Under the pieces are notes generated by a model. The model ran no database searches and was not told the origin of the DNA. It saw nothing but the letters and a program-made list of their open reading frames with translations. A stretch of 64,000 nucleotides of DNA from Bacteroidales bacterium (GTDB lineage: Bacteria > Bacteroidota > Bacteroidia > Bacteroidales > F082): NCBI GenBank assembly GCA_015709215.1, contig JACCQN010000011.1, positions 6,106-70,105 on the forward strand, written 5' to 3'. This document shows positions 58,584-64,000 of this stretch, in pieces; positions within the stretch are counted from its first letter, which is position 1; each line of letters begins with the position of its first letter. The translations under genes and the position numbers were made by a program.

Positions 58584-61382
58584 TTAGTGTTTTACGACGA
58601 TTTTCTTTGTAATAGTCTTATCACCACTTACCATCTGAACGAAGTAAAATCCTTCGGGCAGTGTAGCTGTGCTGATACGATGTTGTTTAGTAGCAGCATC
58701 AAGGCGTGTTTCCAACATTCTGTTGTTGAAACGATCAAAGATTGTCACATCAAAAGTACCATCCATCTGCTCATCAAACTGTACATTGAAATACTGTGAG
58801 GCTGGATTCGGGAAAATGGCTGCCATAACCTCTTCAGCGATAGTAAATTCACCACTATTAAACACCATTAACGGATCAAGTGTGCTAACAATCTGGATAT
58901 AGTAATCTGTACCTGTTGGTACACTATTATTTGTTGGGACCAAATAATCGATCATGCTGCCTTCAAAATCAGTAGCAATTGTCTTGTTAACGGTATTAGC
59001 AGCATTTTTCAGATAAATATCAAGAGGTTCCATGATATCATCTTCCCAGATGATCCAATAAGCAACGCCTTTATACCAAACATCACCTGCAGATGGTTGG
59101 TTAAAGTCTAAATCACCACCACTGGAGAGTGCAATTTCAAATGGTTTTCTACTAAAGTCATAGATGAATTCTCCGCCATCGTGAGCTGATATTTTCACTC
59201 TGTAATCTTCTCTGGGAGCTATATTATCATCGATTTCCCATGTGTATGTAGAATTTTCAACATCCTCAACAATATTATCTACGTACTTACTGATGATTCT
59301 CAGATCATTAAACCAGCTAATCCGTTGCGGAATATTATTAACTTGACCAATATTATAAAACTCAACAGCATCTGGTGCTCCACTGATATTATTATAAGTC
59401 TTACTGAATTCTTCAATATTATCCCTGCCAATACCAGTTACTTTCAGTTTAGTAGGATTAAGCATCTCAAATGAAATATTCATGGCATTACTACCAGAAT
59501 TAGTAAACATTACTTGTTCGGTACCATTATAACTTATCATTATATCATCTGAAGCATTAGTAAGGTAGATATCTATAATAACATCATTGCCAGAGTAAAG
59601 TTTAAAACCTTGTGGTCCATAATTCCACATCACACCCCATTTCAAGGAGAATACATCTAATACTTTCAGTGGTTCATCAAAAGGTCTTTTAGCTGATATA
59701 CTACTAGTAGCATGATCATATCCAATGATGCCAAATGAAGGATCATCAAGCCCTGTAATTCCCGTAGGAACACCAATAATTGCTTCTTGCGTACCTGTGC
59801 CGTTTTTAGTTACTACCCAATCATCAAACCCAGTACCTTCATTATCTCCAGTATCGAAAGTAGTCGCAGTACCATAATTTGATGCATCGTCTTCAGCAAT
59901 TTCACTACCTGCATCACTATACAAATCAATATCAACAGTTCCCATGGCACTTGATGTCCAGGAGATCAGATATTCATTACCAATTACCCATTTTATTCCT
60001 CTAATATCAGGCTGAATTACATCAATCTCGCCATCGTTTTCAACTAAACTGAAAGTTTTATCACTTAAGTCTTTAATACTGTGGTCAGGTGTTGTAATTA
60101 AAACTCTGTAATCATCCCGTGGATCGAGATTTGGGTCAATTTCCCAAGTGTAGGTTGTCCCGGGAACATCAGCTTCAATTAAATCCCATGTATTTGGGTC
60201 GGTCTCATTATACTCTTCATCATTTACCAAATAGATATTCATATCCGAATCAATATTATCCAACCAGGAGATCAGGTGATCTGTTCCTAAAATCCACGAA
60301 ATATTTCTTACGTTAGGCTGCTCTACGTGAATAAAACCGCTATAATTAACAATGCTGAAATCCTTATTGCTGATATCATAGATATCGCTATCTTTTGCCC
60401 TCACCATAATTCGGAATTCAGAACCAGGAACCAATCCTTCAATCTCATTATCATCAATTTCCCAGCTGTAGGTAGTTCCTTCAACATCTGTTTCAATTTC
60501 TATTAATTCATCTTCATCAAATGGGTCATTAGTACCAGTACCATACCAGTCAGAAAAATCCTTAATCAAATACAGATCGAATGTGCCGGTTGTTGTCCTA
60601 TTCCAACTGATGAGGTATTCATTGCCATAAATCCATTCAATGTTTTTTACGTTAGGTTGTAAAACAGTAATTGTTCCACCACTTTCAACAATACTGAAAG
60701 TTTTATCGCTCAGATCTTTTTCTTCACGATTTTCATCGGTTACTAAAACCCTGTAATCATTACGTAGCGCGAGCGTATCCCAAATGTCCCAGGTAAATGT
60801 TGATCCTTCAACAGCTGTTTCAATTTCAATCCAGTGTGTATCATCCGTTGGATCAGCATTATAAGTAGCATCAATAACCAGATAAATATCCAACGGATCT
60901 TCGATATTATCCGTCCAGGAGATTAGGTATTCATTTCCCTTAACCCAGCTAATATTATTAACATTGGGCTGCTCAATTTTAATGAAGGCGTTGCTGGCGC
61001 TTGTAACTAATGAGAATTCCCATCTGCTATCATCGTTATAGGCTGGATTAACAGAGCTTTGCACGCGAACCTTGTAATTTTCTCCCGGATTAAAATCATT
61101 GGGATCAATAAACCACTCGTAGGTTGAACCTTCTATTTCTTCATCTATCAGAATGTAATTACCAGCAGGATTTGTGGAATAATCCACCAGATAGATATCT
61201 ACAGTGTTAACAAAATTATCCGTCCAGGAAATCAGATAGGTTTCTCCGATCACCCATTCGATATTCTTTTTATCAGGTTGAATCACAGTAACCTCTGGTT
61301 CCGGATTTTGAGCAAATGCCTGTTGTCCTATTAGGATCATTCCTGCAAAGAACAAGCTAAGAAAGTAAATAGACTTTTTCAT
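58584..61382 (-). CDS. T9SS-secreted repetitive surface protein (six Kre9/KNH-like Ig modules, one carrying a nested domain, plus a type A sorting domain)
   Basis: 932 aa with signal peptide MKKSIYFLSLFFAGMILIGQQAFAQ and the repeated motifs NI(E/S)W..G..YLISW and G(S/T)TY.WEI. The C-terminus is IFPNPASQYFNVQF...LPEGFYFVQMVSGDKTITKKIVVKH. Confidence 0.9.
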   Translation of the reverse strand: MKKSIYFLSLFFAGMILIGQQAFAQNPEPEVTVIQPDKKNIEWVIGETYLISWTDNFVNTVDIYLVDYSTNPAGNYILIDEEIEGSTYEWFIDPNDFNPGENYKVRVQSSVNPAYNDDSRWEFSLVTSASNAFIKIEQPNVNNISWVKGNEYLISWTDNIEDPLDIYLVIDATYNADPTDDTHWIEIETAVEGSTFTWDIWDTLALRNDYRVLVTDENREEKDLSDKTFSIVESGGTITVLQPNVKNIEWIYGNEYLISWNRTTTGTFDLYLIKDFSDWYGTGTNDPFDEDELIEIETDVEGTTYSWEIDDNEIEGLVPGSEFRIMVRAKDSDIYDISNKDFSIVNYSGFIHVEQPNVRNISWILGTDHLISWLDNIDSDMNIYLVNDEEYNETDPNTWDLIEADVPGTTYTWEIDPNLDPRDDYRVLITTPDHSIKDLSDKTFSLVENDGEIDVIQPDIRGIKWVIGNEYLISWTSSAMGTVDIDLYSDAGSEIAEDDASNYGTATTFDTGDNEGTGFDDWVVTKNGTGTQEAIIGVPTGITGLDDPSFGIIGYDHATSSISAKRPFDEPLKVLDVFSLKWGVMWNYGPQGFKLYSGNDVIIDIYLTNASDDIMISYNGTEQVMFTNSGSNAMNISFEMLNPTKLKVTGIGRDNIEEFSKTYNNISGAPDAVEFYNIGQVNNIPQRISWFNDLRIISKYVDNIVEDVENSTYTWEIDDNIAPREDYRVKISAHDGGEFIYDFSRKPFEIALSSGGDLDFNQPSAGDVWYKGVAYWIIWEDDIMEPLDIYLKNAANTVNKTIATDFEGSMIDYLVPTNNSVPTGTDYYIQIVSTLDPLMVFNSGEFTIAEEVMAAIFPNPASQYFNVQFDEQMDGTFDVTIFDRFNNRMLETRLDAATKQHRISTATLPEGFYFVQMVSGDKTITKKIVVKH
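58836..61295 (-). repeat. tandem protein-level repeats of about 95-110 aa (six modules) inside the 932-aa cargo gene
   Basis: The first-half motif occurs at aa 40-53, 142-155, 247-260, 360-373, 461-474 and 766-779. The second-half motif occurs at aa 85-91, 193-200, 302-309, 408-415, 710-717 and about 807. Confidence 0.85.
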
Positions 61383-61427
61383 AATTGTAAAGTTTAAGTA
61401 ATTATTCTTATTTTATAATTCTCTGAT

Positions 61428-62942
61428 TTATAAAGTTTTGACAAATTTCTTTTTAAGTTGTTGCGTACTGGACTGTGCAATTAAAAGATAAAGACCAGGC
61501 TCTAAATCTGCAACATTGATATTAATTTCATTTCCTGAGTTAGGAGCTTGTTGGATTTCAAGAACCTTTTTACCAGCCAGATCATAAATAGTTGCACTTG
61601 TAAATTCGACAGTATTATCAAGTTGAATATGGATAACATCTGAAACCGGATTAGGCCATAGCTTCATGAGATCATCCTGCGCAACCATTGTAAGTTCTGC
61701 TTCACCAACCAAAACAGACCGATAGGCTGCTTCCACTAGAAATCCAATAAAGGTTTGCTCTTCGAAACCATAATTGTAGGTCATAACTATTGGCTCATCC
61801 TGAATGGATAACCATCCACCATCGACCCATTGATAAATCTCTCCTTCGAGCGCATTGCCGTTACCATCAAAGCTATAGTTATCGTACGAAGCATTTACCC
61901 ATTGTGCACCGTCCCAGACTTCTTTGATGATCGACTGGTATTTGTTCCAGTTATTATAATAAAAAGTAGATTTTTCTGTATTCAACCATTGATTGTTTTC
62001 CCAGCTTTTAAGAATCCCAACATCTACCAGTCCAGCACTATTATAATTGTATTCGGCCTGGTAGTCATTCACCCATGCATCATCAATCCAAAAACTACCT
62101 GTTACGTTCTCGATTCTATTCTGAGCATTAAATTCATATGCTTCTACATAAATATTCACCCAGGTGCCACTTTCAAAAGCCATCGTATAGGTTGAATCAA
62201 TAATAATATCGTTACTGATCACATTTTGAAGCTTGAATGAGTTTATCCATCCATCTCCATCCCAAATTTGGAATGTGATTTGTTCTATTGTACCCTGATC
62301 GTTACGAATGATCACCTGATTCGTTTGATTTTCCCAATCTGAACCATCCCATAACTCAAGCAAAATAGCAGCTTCCAAACCATTTGGATACCTAGAATAG
62401 GTTTCGCGTGTGACATTTTCCCAATCACCTTCCCACACTTGTTCAATCAATACCTCCAATAGGTTTGATTCATCGTAGGTAAAAGCAGTTCTACCGCCAT
62501 TTTCATAAGTTGAACCGTTCCAATATTTTGAGGTTGAAAGTATAGGTTGGCTAATTTCATTATAATCAATACTTTCAAAAGCATTGTTTACCCAATCATC
62601 ATTCAAAAATCGCTTTTGTAGGATAATGATCATATTCAACTCGTCATCATATGAATAAGTATATCTTTCAGGTTGGTTTTGAGTGGAATAAACAAGAGCG
62701 GTATCCAGTAGATAAACGTAATCCATAACCCCTTCTGATTGTGCACCCAATCTAAGGACTTTTGCCGGATCGAGTCCTATTCTCAATTTGTGATAATCAT
62801 CAGGTATCTGACTCAGGAATTGCTCTAATTTGGAAAGTGGATCTTCTTTGTCGGTTTCTAATTTACCAGCAAATAGATAATTACTTGTTGTTACTACAAG
62901 TAATAATGCGATAATCATTTTCTTTGGCAAACTATATAACAT
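61428..62942 (-). CDS. T9SS-secreted protein built from 29-residue tandem repeats, with a type A sorting domain
   Basis: 504 aa with a hydrophobic N-terminus. The C-terminus is LWPNPVSDVIHIQLDN...IYDLAGKKVL...LEPGLYLLIAQSSTQQLKKKFVKTL. Confidence 0.88.
   Translation of the reverse strand: MLYSLPKKMIIALLLVVTTSNYLFAGKLETDKEDPLSKLEQFLSQIPDDYHKLRIGLDPAKVLRLGAQSEGVMDYVYLLDTALVYSTQNQPERYTYSYDDELNMIIILQKRFLNDDWVNNAFESIDYNEISQPILSTSKYWNGSTYENGGRTAFTYDESNLLEVLIEQVWEGDWENVTRETYSRYPNGLEAAILLELWDGSDWENQTNQVIIRNDQGTIEQITFQIWDGDGWINSFKLQNVISNDIIIDSTYTMAFESGTWVNIYVEAYEFNAQNRIENVTGSFWIDDAWVNDYQAEYNYNSAGLVDVGILKSWENNQWLNTEKSTFYYNNWNKYQSIIKEVWDGAQWVNASYDNYSFDGNGNALEGEIYQWVDGGWLSIQDEPIVMTYNYGFEEQTFIGFLVEAAYRSVLVGEAELTMVAQDDLMKLWPNPVSDVIHIQLDNTVEFTSATIYDLAGKKVLEIQQAPNSGNEININVADLEPGLYLLIAQSSTQQLKKKFVKTL
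61788..62669 (-). repeat. about ten tandem 29-aa (87-nt) coding repeats, motif Y-x-Y-(D/N)...h-W-(D/E)-G-x-x-W-x-N
   Basis: The second Trp of the motif falls at aa 174, 203, 232, 261, 290, 319, 348 and 377, exactly 29 residues apart. Weaker copies lie at about 117 and 146. Confidence 0.85.
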
Positions 62943-63305
62943 ATTGTTTATCTTATGGTTGTGTTATATATTTACTTTTTCCCCTGTTTATTGGTCTGGA
63001 TTTTACAGCAATCTTAATAGAAATATACTTTAAAAATTTTATTCCTAAAATATAGATAGTAATACTTATGAGCATAGGGGCATCAAAAATCGCTCCAAAT
63101 TCATTTTATTGACTTCAACATACTATATTCCTGTGTTTTACACTTTAAACAATTTTTAAATTTTTATTCGATTTTACAATTTTGGGATATTTTTTCCTAA
63201 ATCCGGAATATCATTAGTTATAAGAAAAAATAATATTTCTAATCTTTGATTTTCAACTACTTGTGTTATATCAATTCAATACAAAAAATGGAAAGACTGT
63301 TTTTG

Positions 63306-63313
63306 TAAATTTG
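63306..63313 (+). promoter_or_regulatory. upstream -7 box TAAATTTG (TAAATTTGCGCTACC)
   Basis: TAnnTTTG match about 115 nt before the ATG at 63428. It resembles the proximal rpsL box TACTTTTGCGCTCCC. Confidence 0.3.
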
Positions 63314-63402
63314 CGCTACCTGGCTTAAATTACTAAGGTTGTTTCCTGCTCAAATACGCTAATTTCATTTCATAAAGAGCAGTTTGCACTAAAAAAACCT
63401 TG

Positions 63403-63410
63403 TATTTTTG
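63403..63410 (+). promoter_or_regulatory. -7 box TATTTTTG proximal to the 176-aa ORF
   Basis: TAnnTTTG match about 18 nt before the ATG at 63428. Confidence 0.4.
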
Positions 63411-63427
63411 TATCAAATTTCAACTCT

Positions 63428-63958
63428 ATGGAAAATATCAGTTTAGGAATCGGATCGCGCGTAAAGCATCCTTCATTCGGGCAAGGCGTTGTAATTCAGA
63501 GCTATTCCGACTCCTATGAAATCACCTTTATAGATTACGGCACAAAAACGATTTTAAAATCCTTTGAAGGACTCGAAGTGACTGATTATGTAGGCAGTTC
63601 AACTGATATGCTGAGCTTTGACCAGGTTGAACGCACCTTCGTGAAACTACTCCGTCGCTGGACTGATTTACAGGAGGTCGTGCCAATGGGGAGCAAATGG
63701 AAAGGAGGGATGATGATTCTTCAACCCGCTGATCGACAGTTAAAACCAAAAGAAATTCCGGTTGAAACCTTTTTCCATAAAATTGTGATGATTCGTGATC
63801 GCATCAGGGTAATGGAACAGCGTATCAATAGTTCAAAGCTTGATGATGAAGAAAAAGTAAACCTGCAGCAATATATCACCCGAATTTACGGCAGCCTGAC
63901 GACATTTAATGTTTTGTTTGCCGAAAAGGAAGATTACTTCGCCGGAGATTCGAAATAA
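63428..63958 (+). CDS. hypothetical protein with an N-terminal UvrD/PcrA-CTD-like (Tudor/DUF3553-like) domain
   Basis: 176 aa. The N-terminus LGIGSRVKHPSFGQGVVIQSYSDSYEITFIDYGTKTILKSF parallels the helicase C-terminus GMEVTHQKFGKGKIISIEGTGANRKATVQFAAYGQKQLLLKF. The remainder is helical with no family recognised. Confidence 0.65.
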   Translation: MENISLGIGSRVKHPSFGQGVVIQSYSDSYEITFIDYGTKTILKSFEGLEVTDYVGSSTDMLSFDQVERTFVKLLRRWTDLQEVVPMGSKWKGGMMILQPADRQLKPKEIPVETFFHKIVMIRDRIRVMEQRINSSKLDDEEKVNLQQYITRIYGSLTTFNVLFAEKEDYFAGDSK

Positions 63959-64000
63959 CTATCGGTTTCGAAGAAAATCAGCTGTTTGAGTGAAATAAGA

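Noticed and set aside
1-64000. Search for tRNA, rRNA, tmRNA, RNase P RNA, CRISPR repeats, IS elements, transposases, integrases and toxin-antitoxin or defence genes.
   Set aside because: I found no T-loop-like GGTTCGAATCC motifs and no regularly spaced direct repeats. There are no terminal inverted repeats flanking ORFs, and no recombinase- or nuclease-like translations in the ORF track. A by-eye scan cannot exclude small or divergent elements.

Overview
The window looks like a chromosomal segment of a Bacteroidota genome. Supporting signs are about 40% GC by eye, almost no Shine-Dalgarno sequences, TAnnTTTG -7 promoter boxes, a fused SecDF, a DUF4290-murA pair, and type A T9SS C-terminal sorting domains. 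Positions 1-13565 (minus strand) hold a complete str-S10-spc ribosomal superoperon, rpsL-rpsG-fusA-rpsJ through rplO-secY, with secY cut by the window edge. Most of the rest is core housekeeping:
- UvrD/PcrA-type helicase, murA, grpE-dnaJ, an ABC-2 exporter pair
- secDF, tatA, a PorE-like OmpA protein, purM, rhlE
- frr, pyrH, secA, coaD, pyrE, birA, rsfS-ftsH, cdsA-psd

Accessory or unusual content is limited to four places:
- A decayed 1.26 kb stretch (30375-31634) holds two divergent pseudogenes, one a T9SS sorting-domain relic and one a DUF3223/DCL-like gene with an in-frame stop.
- A cytoplasmic GH13 amylase and a CDF transporter follow it.
- A two-gene T9SS cargo operon (58584-62942) encodes highly repetitive proteins. 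One has a strict 29-residue periodicity. The other has six Ig-like modules, one of them split by a nested domain of about 200 aa.
- An orphan 176-aa protein (63428-63958) has an N-terminus resembling the Tudor-like C-terminal domain of the helicase encoded at 14344-16626.

I saw no tRNA, rRNA, CRISPR array, IS element, integrase, toxin-antitoxin pair or recognisable defence genes. I did not find a convincing multi-gene novel system, and the findings below are the best leads, scored accordingly. All family assignments come from reading the translations and from memory of family signatures; nothing was searched. Hand-derived coordinates for motifs, hairpins and internal starts may be off by 1-2 nt.
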